The notes under the pieces are model-generated. The model was not told the DNA's origin and ran no database searches. It saw only the letters and a program-made list of their open reading frames with translations. This document shows positions 49,720 to 60,975 of a stretch of DNA of 64,000 bases, piece by piece (within the stretch, counting starts at the first letter, position 1; every line of letters begins with the position of its first letter). The DNA comes from Takakia lepidozioides (taxonomy: Eukaryota > Plantae > Bryophyta), in contig CM060732.1 in assembly GCA_030704615.1 (NCBI GenBank), positions 66,464,001 to 66,528,000 of the forward strand, read 5' to 3'. A program made the translations under genes and the position numbers.

Positions 49720-50324
49720 CCGGTCGCCACCTGCACTGTATATGCTTCGAACGTCACCCCTTCCCTCTTTGCATGCTACGCACAGTGCATTGTCTCTTGT
49801 TTTGCACCAGCTGCCAATGTGCTATTTCTATATCTATAGTATACTATAAGTATCGTTTCTGAGTGTCCATGGTGAAGCGGAAGGTCTTCAAAGTGACACT
49901 CCCTCTCACTGAGTACGAGAAGTTCCGAGAGCGCCGGATTGCTGCCATAAAGGAGGTGGAAGCAACGTTCAAGCAGTCGATACATGGGTGAGTTTAGTTC
50001 CTGACTTTGGTTACCCACCCACTAAACTTGCGATTCGCCTTATCCTCTAACCTTCCTACAGCGATCATAAGCTTCATAGCACAAATGGGGGCGAGTAGCT
50101 GCGACTTGTACAAACAGAGAGGCAAACAACATGCAGTGAGTGACGATTAAGTTTGAGGAGGGTGTGTCATTAGGCGGGAGATGTCCGCCGTCATTCGTGG
50201 GCAGCCATTACGTCCTGGTAGGGTGCGGCTGTGGTTCAGCATAGGCTTAAGAGTATTAGGGTATGTATGCTTGCATTTGTTTGTGATTGTTTGAGAGGGA
50301 GGTCATGGAGGTGTTTGTGCATGC

Positions 50325-53300
50325 TTGCGGGAGCAAATCGCCCTCGCAAGCCACGCGCTCCGAAGGAAAAAAACTAGGGATCAAGGTCCTGCAAGGCAAA
50401 GTGCCAGACTGAAGACGATGAAGACTACGATTCTGCATGAGGGCTCTTCTGAGGACGATCCACTCCTCCCACGCCAGTGCGAGGCGAGTGCGTTGTCGGC
50501 GGATGCCATGGCAAGCCGAGGAGAACATGCCCATGCTCATGTCGCAGGACAAAAACGCCCATCATCTACACTACGAACACCTTCTCCATCTGTGAGTTAT
50601 AGTTCTTCACAATGACCATGATTCAAATTATGTATGTTTTTGGTAAAATCACGAAGAGATAGGGTATGGTAAGATCATGAAGAGATAGGGTATGTCTGTC
50701 AAGACAGGGAAGTTGGACAATGCAGGGGTCAGCCAAGGCACAATCACAAATGATTTCCACTAGACAAGTTGAAGTGCCAAAGGCATGATGTCAAGCCAAT
50801 GTAGACTTTAGGTGTGTTCAAATTCTTTGCCCCATGAAACCAACATCCTGGTACTAAGCTACAATGGCTACTTATAGAGATACTTGGGTTACTTATGCAC
50901 CCAGAATATCAGTAAAACTTGGAGGGATACTTCTCATGGACCCATCAGGTTTGTCCATTTGAATTCTTGCTATGGATTTCAGGAACACCCCATACCTAAG
51001 AGGGTTCAAAAATGTACTGGGAGGACATCATTGGGGCCAATCAAATTTGGGAGATTTACTGCCCAAGATCATACTGAGTTTTGGGTAATCTTGTCTTTAC
51101 AAGTGATATGTGCTTCCAGTTTGTTATCTTGAATTCAAGGATTTGCTGCTTGCTGCCTATATGTATGTGTAATCACCCACATTGTACTGGGGGAATTTCT
51201 TTTCAGGGCAAGCACAAGCGCACTGGATCCACGATCCCTGCTGCTAGCAATGGAGATGGCGCCAACAAGAACGCAGGAGGTGGCCCTAACTCTCCCATCG
51301 TTGTGGGTTCTGTGCCACCAGTACCCCCACCTTATTATGGTATGCCTCAGTACCCACAGTCTGGCACTCAGTATGGTTAGGGTCAATATGGTGCTCCTCT
51401 ATATGGGCAGTATGGCCAGTATCCTCCTCCACCATATTTGGCAGAATAATGAAGAGCCAAAGCACACACTGTGTGGTTGGGTGGTAAGGGGAAACCCATT
51501 ACTGTATCTGACGAGGTATGGAACAAGCTTGTAAGTTACTGGCAGACAGAGGTGTTCCACAAAGTGTCGGGCAACATGAAGAAGGCAAATGGTGCAATTC
51601 AGAATCCTACCAAGACTGGCCGTGGTGGGAAGGCAATGATGGAAGCACGCTTGGTAAGTGGCATCGTCACGACTCTGTATTTTGTTCCTCATTGAATTGC
51701 TATGTGTATATAGTCAGCCCTCACATTGCTTATCGACTTGTGGCATGGGTTTGTTTGTGGCATGGATTAATTAATTTGCATGAAACACTATCAGGGTGCC
51801 CTCCTACATTATATGAAAATCAAGAGGGTTCAGTGTCATGGTTGTCAGCTGGGAGTGACAGGCGGGTAAGTGTGTTTTCCACGTTTGCTAGAGTGGTTGC
51901 TGCATCATAGGTTGCTAGGGTTTTTTTCAAGGCTTTTGGCCTGGGTTTTCTTTCCAATGGTTGTTCATGCTAGGTTTTTTTTGTTTGATTCATACTTGGG
52001 CAAGTTTTCATGGATTGGCAAGAGGGAAGTCTCGCATATTCTACAGTAGTTGGCAGGATGGATGGCTTGGACAAACTGGTGGAATCACAAAGACGTGACA
52101 TGGCAGACTTAAAATTACAGATGCAGAGCATGATTGAGTACCAGAAAGCCATTGTGGCCAGATTGGGGATTAATCTACCAGGCGTAGGACCAGTGACATC
52201 TACGATGGATGCGTTTGCTGTGACAGTATCAAAATATTTGGAATCCCAATTTCAGACGGTAACTGGTGCTCACTCTAAGCCCTTATGTCTTCCTGTCACT
52301 GATGATCTTTTGAATTTGACCGAGCAGCAGCAGGATACAGGGAAGGCCAGCTGTGAGGTACACGTGGAAATTCAGCCCTTGCCACGTACAAAGGCAGTAG
52401 CAGTCCAGGGGGCAATGGTGACAGAGCCGCCGGGCACACCGGATTCTGGTATGCAGGTATGTGGGAGTTTAAATGGGGAGGAAGATGCAGACGGGGACAA
52501 AACAAACAAGCAGGTTGCTTTAATTTCTCCTACTCACATGTTGAAGCCAAATGACAGTTTACTTCCTGGACCAGCGAGGAAGCATTTACTAATTTTGGAC
52601 TTAAATGGTCTGTTATGTGAATCTTTTCATTCTGCTAATGGGCCTGCATCCCTTCCCAAAGGTTTTGTGGGGAAGATGTGTGGCAAGAAGATGGTAGTTT
52701 TGAGACCACGCTGTTATGACTTTTTGCAAAAGTGTTTTGAACACTTTGAGGTGGCGGTGTGGTCTTGTTGCCAAGCTCGCAACTTCTTCCCAATGGTGGA
52801 CTATATTTTTGCAGCCCACACTAAGCTGGTTTTCCAGTGGGATGCCCTTCACCGTGACGAGGATCCAGTCCTCCCATGCCGTAAGGGGTATGATTCAAAG
52901 CCATTATATTTCAAGAACTTGTCTAGAGTGTGGGCAGACTGGCCAGAATGGACTTATGAGGACACTGTTCTTGTTGATGACACACCAAGAAAGGCGGCAA
53001 ACAATCCTCCCTTCAGTGGGAATTTTCCAGAGCCATGGAAAGTGCAACCGGATTCACCAACTGATGAGTATCTAACAGAGGTGTTGTGGCCTTTCTTGTG
53101 GAAGGCATCGAAAGCTGCCAGTATTCCCAAGTTTTTGGAGTCTCAGCCTGTTTTCGGACAACAACCATACAACACTGCTACTGTGAAGGTACAAACATTC
53201 TGACAGTGCTCCAAAGGCTACAATTTTGTGGGTTCATTCATTGCATTGCTTTCCTGGATGCTTCTCCTCGCTTGCTTGATTAATGCTAGGTTTTCTTTGC

Positions 53301-53952
53301 AGGTTTTCATGTTGGCTTTTTTTGTTTGATTCATACTTGGATTTTGTATCTATTCACTATTCCCGTTTGCTCATTGCTTTCCTGGTTGTTCTCTGGTCTG
53401 TGACACAGGAACTTGTGACAAACAAAGATGATATTGTCGACAAGCCGGTATAGACCAGGGGCAAGAGTGTCGACCCGGCGAGTAGCCCCCCAAAAGAGGT
53501 CTCACAACCACTCGAGACTGCAAATGGAGTAAGTCCAGGCCCTTGTCTTGTTTGTTTTATTTTTTCCAACCTTGGGGCTCTCTTTAATTCGCAAATGTTG
53601 AGTGTCCTAGTCATGTGTATGTCATGGGTTTTCACATCGTGTTCTTTTTTGTGTGGAGTTGGGATCACAGTTCAGGGTGGGTGACGAGGTTCGACTGTTG
53701 GATGTGAACTCCAAATGCAAGAAATGTGGAGTAAGGCTGATTGTTGCTCTTCAAGGTGCTGTGGTGGGTTACGGGTACCCTACTGTGCCCCTTGATTATG
53801 CCTGTGTGTACATCAAAGAGGCATGTGTCAGTAACACCCCTCTACCATATGTGAATGGTGTTAGGAAACATACCGTGTTGGGGCAGGTGGTTGGCCAGAC
53901 AACACTTTGGAGTCTAAAGTTACTGAAACTTATGGAGCTGCGGAAGGGATAG
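50325..53952 (+). pseudogene. CACTA second (TnpA-like) gene, multi-exon, divergent from the transposase
   Basis: VSDEVWNKLVSYW...KVSGNMKKANG...GRGG (Ptta/TnpA-like) at 51470-51655. LPY...TVLGQVVGQTTLW (Tnp1/En-Spm C-terminal-like) at 53670-53950. Exon structure not resolved. Confidence 0.55.
52010..53203 (+). CDS. Open exon encoding a coiled coil plus FCP1/NIF-family HAD phosphatase-like domain
   Basis: KHLLILDLNGLL (Asp codon 52598), LRPRCYDFL..CFEHFEVAVWS, YFKNLSRVW, TVLVDDTPRKA..NP; 397 codons open. Confidence 0.85.
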   Translation: MDWQEGSLAYSTVVGRMDGLDKLVESQRRDMADLKLQMQSMIEYQKAIVARLGINLPGVGPVTSTMDAFAVTVSKYLESQFQTVTGAHSKPLCLPVTDDLLNLTEQQQDTGKASCEVHVEIQPLPRTKAVAVQGAMVTEPPGTPDSGMQVCGSLNGEEDADGDKTNKQVALISPTHMLKPNDSLLPGPARKHLLILDLNGLLCESFHSANGPASLPKGFVGKMCGKKMVVLRPRCYDFLQKCFEHFEVAVWSCCQARNFFPMVDYIFAAHTKLVFQWDALHRDEDPVLPCRKGYDSKPLYFKNLSRVWADWPEWTYEDTVLVDDTPRKAANNPPFSGNFPEPWKVQPDSPTDEYLTEVLWPFLWKASKAASIPKFLESQPVFGQQPYNTATVKVQTF

Positions 53953-55917
53953 TCAGTATTGCACTGTTTAACAGAGTTCTTGATTCTAATAGCACCAGAA
54001 CATAATAGGTACAACAATTCAGCCCATGTGTGGGCTTACTTGTTTTTTGCTAGGCCTTTTGAAGCATGGATTTTTTGACCTTGTGGCTTTTGAGGTGTCC
54101 ATTGGGACATTGGTCTCATTTGGATTTTTGTAATGTGATTTATAGGGCTTGTATTGCCCTGTAGTTGACTATTTTCATTCTCCTTGTGGTTGATAGTATG
54201 CAGGAGGGATCCATTCTGTTTTCATGTTGGAATTTCACCATGTAATGAAGAATTTAAATCATTTAATTCACTTTCATTTTAAATAATATTATTAAAAATA
54301 ATACCATTTAATTAAAAAAAATCCAAGGCTGCAATCTCCATGTTCTTTTAAATATTAAATGAAAACTAAAAATTAAAATATAAACTATTTCGGAAAACAA
54401 TCTTGATGACACGTGGCATCACACCTGCTCAAACCAGAACACGTGGCAGTATATGACACGACATTCTTTATCCATATTTTCACCACGTGTAAAGATCCGT
54501 AGTTATATATGCTAGTCATATATTTTGTCTGTGTGCCACATGTCACATCTCAAGTGCAACAGGTGTCCCGCTAACAACTCTCCATGTAGACATATCTGTA
54601 GTCATATGAGCGAGTCATGTAGTCACCACGTGTGAAAATCTGCCATAGCACACGTGTCCCGCTAGCGCCTCTCCATGTAGGCATCACTGTGCAGACATGT
54701 AGTCATATGATCATGGCAAGAAGTCGTGACATGTCAAATTTGCAGTGGCGCACGTGTCCATCCATCGCCTCTCCATGTAGGCATCACTTTGCAGACATAT
54801 AGTCATATGATCCCCTGACGAATGCATGACGTGTCGCTTGCGCAATGGCGCACGTGTCCCGCTGAAGCCTCTCCATGTAGGCAGCGCTCAACAGACAATG
54901 TAGTCATATAGTTGTGACTGCAACAGGACTCCAGGTGCCATGCAAGCAGTCACGGATATAACTTGCAAAACGCAGTCCTAAAGACTAGTCGCTATGACAG
55001 GGTTTTTTTTCACTACAAAGTGATGTAGCCATGAACGCATATAAGACTGAAAAAATAGTCATATGTGAAGTCATAAAAACGCTCATCTGTTGTAGTGTGT
55101 GGAGGCACGCATGCTGGGCGAAAGATTGCTGACGGAGATTTTGATGCGTATGGAAGAGTAAGTGCGAAAGAATGCTTTTGCAGATGATGATGATTACTGA
55201 AGAGCAATGGCGAAAGATTGCTGATGCTTATTGAAGAACAACGACGCGATAGAATGCTGATGGCCGCCTCCGCAGCAGTCAACAAAGTCCTCGACTCCTG
55301 GAGTCGTCGTTGATATGTTCTATGTGCGCGTTATAATTAGAGTGATCGGTTTCCCCCTTGATTTGACGTGAGGCATGGTTCTCGTCACCAGTTGAGGACA
55401 GATTGTTAGCATCAGAAAATTAAAGCCCTCGTACCTAGAAGTTTCGCTGGTTTTGCTGGTACTAGTTAACGTGGTCTGTAAATCTCCCAGTTTATGTGCA
55501 TGAAGTCATGAGGTACTCTGCTTTATTCAACATTTCTGAAATTTGATTTGGTCTTTCTTGTTCATCCCATGTGTCGCATGGTTGTTTGGGCCTACACGGC
55601 CGTCAATGAATGTCTCATTAAATGTCTTTGTTCTTTCTCTCACATGCCTCTCTTCTGCAGTCAAGTGCTACATATCTGCAGTATGTGTCTATGACATTCC
55701 TAGAGTTTGAACCTTTTAGATAGAAACTGAAGAGAACATGTTGTATACAGTATGTGAACGCCAAGGAAAACTGAGCAGTGCGCGTGAAGATGTGCAAAGT
55801 GGCTAGCTGCTAATGATCCAAGAAGAAGAGCGCTGTGGCTCTCATACAGAGACTGTCATTGGTTTTATGGTATGGTATAGAAAAGAACTAGCTTAGAGTT
55901 TGAGAGCAAATGCAACC

Positions 55918-56272
55918 TCTAGGGTACATTTGCCGTTGGCCCAAGTGTCCAATGTCATCTAAGTAAGTTTTTTTCCACAGAGCCTGCGACCAGATTTGAA
56001 CCGGAGACCTTCCCCTTGATATCTCTCCCGTGGAGGCTCCGACCACTGCCCCAAGAATGCCCACTTTGCCATTTTTGCTATGTTTTTGTGAATTTCCAGC
56101 GACCAAAAGTACTTGGAATTCCACATCTCCCTCACCGCTGGTCTAAAAATCATGAGACCAAGCCGGTGCACCCCTCCTCACCGAGGGCTTTACAACGGAA
56201 CCAAGCACCCGTGCTAGGCCCGCGGTTTGGGAGATCTCAACGACGCTACAAAACAAAACAAAACAAAACAAG
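55918..56272 (-). repeat. Short interspersed repeat with tRNA-like Pol III A/B boxes
   Basis: Minus strand TGGGGCAGTGG (56043-56053) and GGTTCAAATCT (55992-56002); (CAAAA)n tract near 56249-56271. Boundaries approximate. Confidence 0.35.
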
Positions 56273-57721
56273 CCTAAAATGTCGAAAGGCTCTCTTGCTT
56301 TCACAAAACATAAGAGGAAGGTGAGAGTAAGGGGCATGACTCAGCACAGTTGGACCAATCGGAGCCTTGACATGGTGTAGGGTCCTTTGACCACATTTTC
56401 TCCATTGACTTCAACATGTTGCAAAGTCAGAGAGCCAACAAACGTTTGGCTTCATATATTGATTGTGCGGTTTGGTTTGGGGCTGAAATCTTGCTACCTA
56501 CCCTGGTCTCTGGATTGTATTTTCTGTATGCTTCATGGCTTATATGATAGGGGGTTAACTTTTCCCCATTCTGAGCTGTCCCTCCCAAGTTTATCTTAAG
56601 AAAATAAAAATAAAAGGGAAACCAACCACTCACAAATCATGCCCCTTATATTACAGTGAGAGGATGAAGCAACAAGTAAGTAGTCACATTTCTCTACTGT
56701 AAGAGCTTTAAGAGAAAATAGAAAAGAAAGAGGGTGGGTGTTGTTGGAGCTGTCATGGAAGATTGTATGTATAAGAGTTTTACGAAGGCCATGATCTGAT
56801 CTCTTCAAGATGTGGGTGCAGCACTCAAGATTTTTGTGTCATGGACATATTCTTTGTTAGCATGTAGGGAGCAGCAGCTTGCCAAGTGAGGACGTCAGTT
56901 GGGAGTCACAAAATAAACCTAGTCATGTGCTTGCTGTTCTCAATATTTACATTCCAAACACAAACAACGTTCGGTATTCCCAACCATCTCTATACCTATA
57001 TCATCAACCTTGAGTTCGGAACCTCACTTGAGTACAGTCTGTACATTCCATCAACCTTTGAAGTTTGTAGAGATTATGCTTCTACGAACTCCACTATGCC
57101 CAATACTGGATCCACCAGAGTGCAACGATCTGATCTAGTTCTATCAAACCATATTATCTCGCCCCGACATAGGAGACGCACTTTGATACATAGGGGATTG
57201 CACTTGGAATTAGATGACACTTGGGCCGCTACATGGGAGATGCACTTGGATACATAGAAGATTGCAATTGGCCTTAGATGGGCCTTGACTAGGAGACGCA
57301 CTATGATACATAGGAAATTGCACTTGGTCTTAGATTTCAATTCCTCATACATGGGCTGTCATGGTTTTAGTCATTGTTAATTAAAATTACCTACTTTTAG
57401 TTAACTAGGACATTTTGGATATTTATATTTGTATTTTGTGTGTTGGGACTTCATTTGGTCTCACATGCCAAGTGAGGTGTCAAACCTCACTTGGGACATG
57501 GGGATGGGTTTTCCCTTTGTGAGCGTTGAGGATGGCTCATCTTCTTGTAGTTGAGCCTCCATGAGCCTCTCCCACCTCCATAGCTCTAGGTATTGAGTGG
57601 GAGTGTGGTGAGGGCTTTGTAGGGTGGATTCCCTTAGCAAAGGTGCCCTTGGCTTGACTTAGTTTATGTGATTGAGTGGATTCATGAGTGGAGTGTTTCC
57701 CTTGCGTTCACTTTCATTATC

Positions 57722-57736
57722 ACTACAAGAAGATGA
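57722..57736 (+). promoter_or_regulatory. Self-priming-type PBS of Gypsy 2
   Basis: ACTACAAGAAGATGA is the exact reverse complement of TCATCTTCTTGTAGT (57537-57551) in its LTR. Confidence 0.8.
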
Positions 57737-58959
57737 CCTTATGCTTGTGAGTGCGGAGTGTAAGGGTTAGTTTAGCACTTGTGTGTTGAAGAGCTCGGGA
57801 AGATAGCTCTTGTATTGCAAGGTGTTGCATATATTGCAAAGGAAAATCCTTGTGGTGTTAGGGCTTTGAGAGATATTGCTTTGCCCTAAGGAGGTAGAGA
57901 GCTCAAAGATGGAGCTCTTGTAGATCACAAGGCTTGCAAGGAAACGTACTTGTGGTGTTACACCAAGGTGTTGGAGAGCTCAAGAAGGAGCTTGTTTGCC
58001 ACAAGATTTGCAAGGATTACAAGAGGGAAGTCTTGTGTGTGTGGAAGCATGGATTCTAAGGATTGAGAATCATGTCTATGCATTATGGAGTCAATGGTGT
58101 GTGCCATGGCATGTGGAGAGCAGCTAAATGATTGTTAGTACTCATTTCACTATCAATCTAGGGTTAAGCAAGCTCAAGTGTGGATGTTGTGGAAGAGAAG
58201 CCAAGGAGCTACATAGGCTTGGGCTTGAAGACAACAAGGGCAAGCACTTGGAGAGCATTAGGAAGCTCAAGAGGTTTGAAGGGAAGCATATGGGTGAAAA
58301 TTCTATCCACGATGATGTGAAATCAAGCCTAGAGCATTGAAGAGCTTAGAGCACATGTGGGAGATCATTGGAGGTGGTCTTCATGAAGAAAAGACATTGT
58401 GGCTCAAGGCATGCATAACAACTTCAACCATACATTAGCATGTGACAAGACAAGGAAGGAGAATGTGAAGCTCATGTATTCATTCTCTTTTGGCTTAAGT
58501 TTTGTGGTGGATGGTTGATCAAGCAAGTGATGCTTATGTGGAGCATGCTTCCCAAGTGTGGCTTCCAACTTGCTTGAGGAGAGCTAGAAGGTGAAAGGAG
58601 CAAGTTGATTCCCTTGTGTATGAAGTGATGCATGTGTGGAGCATGCTTTGGGCTTGAGTAAGCTTGAGAGGAGTGGCTCTTGAGCTAGCAAGTGAAGTGA
58701 GCTTGAATGACCAAGGCTTGAGAGGAGACAAGGCTTGGTGGCTTGTCAAAGGAGGTACAAGCTTGATTTGGAGTTCCAATGAGAAATTGAGCTTGTTGTG
58801 TGGCCAATGCATTGCTAGTTGAGTTGGAGACAAACTTGAGTAGCTTAAGGTGAAGAAGATCAGGGGAATTTGCCTTGGTACCCCATAGAATTCATGGATG
58901 CTCGAGGGGATTAAGCATAGAGCCCCAAGGAGCACAAGCTTGGTAAGGCTAAACCTCAA

Positions 58960-59420
58960 GGAAATAGAGGGGGAAGTGGCTAAAGCCTAGGGGGAAATGT
59001 CTAAATCCTGGGGGGGAAATGAACTATTCTATGAGGGGGAAATGGCTATTCCTAAGGGGAATACAAGGGGAATACGTATAGGCCCAGGGGAATACTGGGG
59101 GAATACTATGGCATATTCTTGGGAATATTCCTAGAGAACTTTGGGAACTTATTGGGAACCCATTGGGAACTTGGGAACGCATTAGGAACATGGTGATATA
59201 GAAAGAGTCCTTGGAGGACTGTTGGGGGTCCTTAGAGGACCATTTGGAGGACCATAGGGAATCCTTGGAGGACTGTTTGGAGGACCATTGGGAGTCCTTG
59301 GAGGATTGTTGGGGGTCCTTAGAGGACTATTTGGGGTCCTTGGAGGCCAATATTTGGCGAGCTTGAGGAGTCTTTGGCGACTTGTGTGAAGGACTATTGG
59401 GGTCCTCGAGGGCTAAGTTT
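58960..59420 (+). repeat. G-rich degenerate short tandem repeats in the Gypsy 2 leader
   Basis: Runs of GGGGGAA(A)T, TTGGGAAC and GTCCTT(A/G)GAGGAC units. Confidence 0.7.
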
Positions 59421-59927
59421 TGGCAAGCTTGGGGCCTTGGTGTACTGTTTTGGAGTCCCATCGTGCAAGGATTGGGAGTCATAGTGAGATTGTTTGAGAG
59501 ACATATTATTGAGGGCTCCTGGAGAGTTATTTGAGAGACCCTTGAAAGGTAGTCTTGTCTATTGTTCAAGCAAGAGAGTGTGGAGATAGGGTAGTGGGAT
59601 GAGAGCATGCTGTGATAGGAATTGCTTTAGTCTCTCTTCCTTGTAGTCTTCCACCCTCTCTGTAGGCCAAAACCTTTCCGTAGGTGGAGGCAAGAGTTAG
59701 TCCAGGTTTGGGCTGGGGTGTCATTGCAGAAGCGACATTGTGGAGTGTTTTTGGTGTGGGGGAGTTGCTGTATTCAATTTCTTGTGTTTGGATCCCCTCC
59801 ACACCTGCATGCTTGACTGTGCGTCATGTTAGCTTTGTGTGGGAGCTTGTTTTCATAGGAGGTTGGTCCGGATTTGATCACCGGCCAATCCTAGAGCGTG
59901 CTGTTGGTGGTGAGGCTGGGGTGATGA

Positions 59928-60770
59928 CACTACAACAGATCGCGGTATTTATGACTGTATATATGACTATTCTGCAGTCATAAACGGTACATATGACTTC
60001 TATGACTATAAGTCGTGCAAACCAAGTCAATACAATGAGTACAGGATGATACGGTCCGGATGACTACAGTCAAATGAACCAAGTGATATTTCTCACTGCA
60101 GTCATATATACCATACTGCAGCCGCCGCTGCCGCGCCACGTGGCGAGGCGCAATTGATTTAAAAAATTAAATAAAATAAAAATGAAAAAAAAAACATATG
60201 TCAAACGCCGCGTCGCACCGCATTGTGCCACGTGGCATAATGCATTTTATAATAATGAAAAAACCACGTGGCAGTCCATCTAGGGTATCACGTGCTATCC
60301 CTAGCTCGCCTACTAATCCTAGGGCCATCTTATCCATTTGATTGTACTTAGAGGAGTTTGAACCTACAACCTCTTTAATATAAGAGTTATAGTTCACTAC
60401 CTGTTAACCAATATACCCATTAGTCATTCATATGATCATATGGTGTTTTAATTGTATTATACACACCAAATTACAAAATCCCCAGTAGTCATCATGACTA
60501 TGTAACCTCATCCATGTACACTGTAGTCATGGAATTGACTATGAATGGTGAGCTAAATCTGATCAATTGCCATTGACCAGCCTTCCGTCCATTCCGGAGC
60601 CATGTAGTCACACAGACGACTACTTAGAATAGTCGTTCATATGACTACAGTCGTATGAACGACTGCGGGAGGTCAATTTCATATAAAAACATGGTGCAGT
60701 CATGGTCAAAGTCATGAAAACCATGACTACCACGGTTTGGCAGTTATAACTACCGCGATCTGTTGTAGTG
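59928..60770. mobile_element. Non-autonomous CACTA (843 bp) nested in Gypsy 2
   Basis: Perfect 20-bp TIR CACTACAACAGATCGCGGTA; TGA TSD at 59925-59927 and 60771-60773. The homologous site in Gypsy 1 (about 23016) is empty. Confidence 0.97.
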
Positions 60771-60975
60771 TGACCAGTTAGACCATCATTGTTTCTCTTA
60801 TGGTGAGGCTGGGTTGATGACCGGCAGACCATAGGAGTGCTTGCGGTGGATGTAGGTGCAGGTTTATGTTACGAACCTAGTAGTCTAAGCCATAAGCCGC
60901 AACAGGTTTACCTTGTGGAAATGGGGATTAGAGATAGGTTTACAACAGGTGTGGTTGTGAGTTTTCATCACGGAG

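Larger units (their letters stand above)
42037..55097. mobile_element. CACTA (En/Spm) transposon whose left end (42037-43345) is secondarily inverted
   Basis: TIRs ...AAAAACGCTCATCTCTTGTAGTG (ends 43345) and ...AAAAACGCTCATCTGTTGTAGTG (ends 55097). TGT TSD, read as ACA at 43346-43348 and TGT at 55098-55100. GTAGTCATAT subterminal repeats at both ends. Confidence 0.9.
32807..55340 (+). pseudogene. Fragmented paralogue of the 12928-13719 gene
   Basis: Pieces at 32807-33097 (+), 36355-36489 (+, HDFLVLE), 43346-43525 (-, [15 protein letters not shown]) and 55098-55340 (+). Confidence 0.9.

Noticed and set aside
55975-56062. Functional tRNA gene
   Set aside because: A- and B-box-like motifs are present, but I could not build a convincing acceptor or anticodon stem; kept only as a low-confidence repeat.
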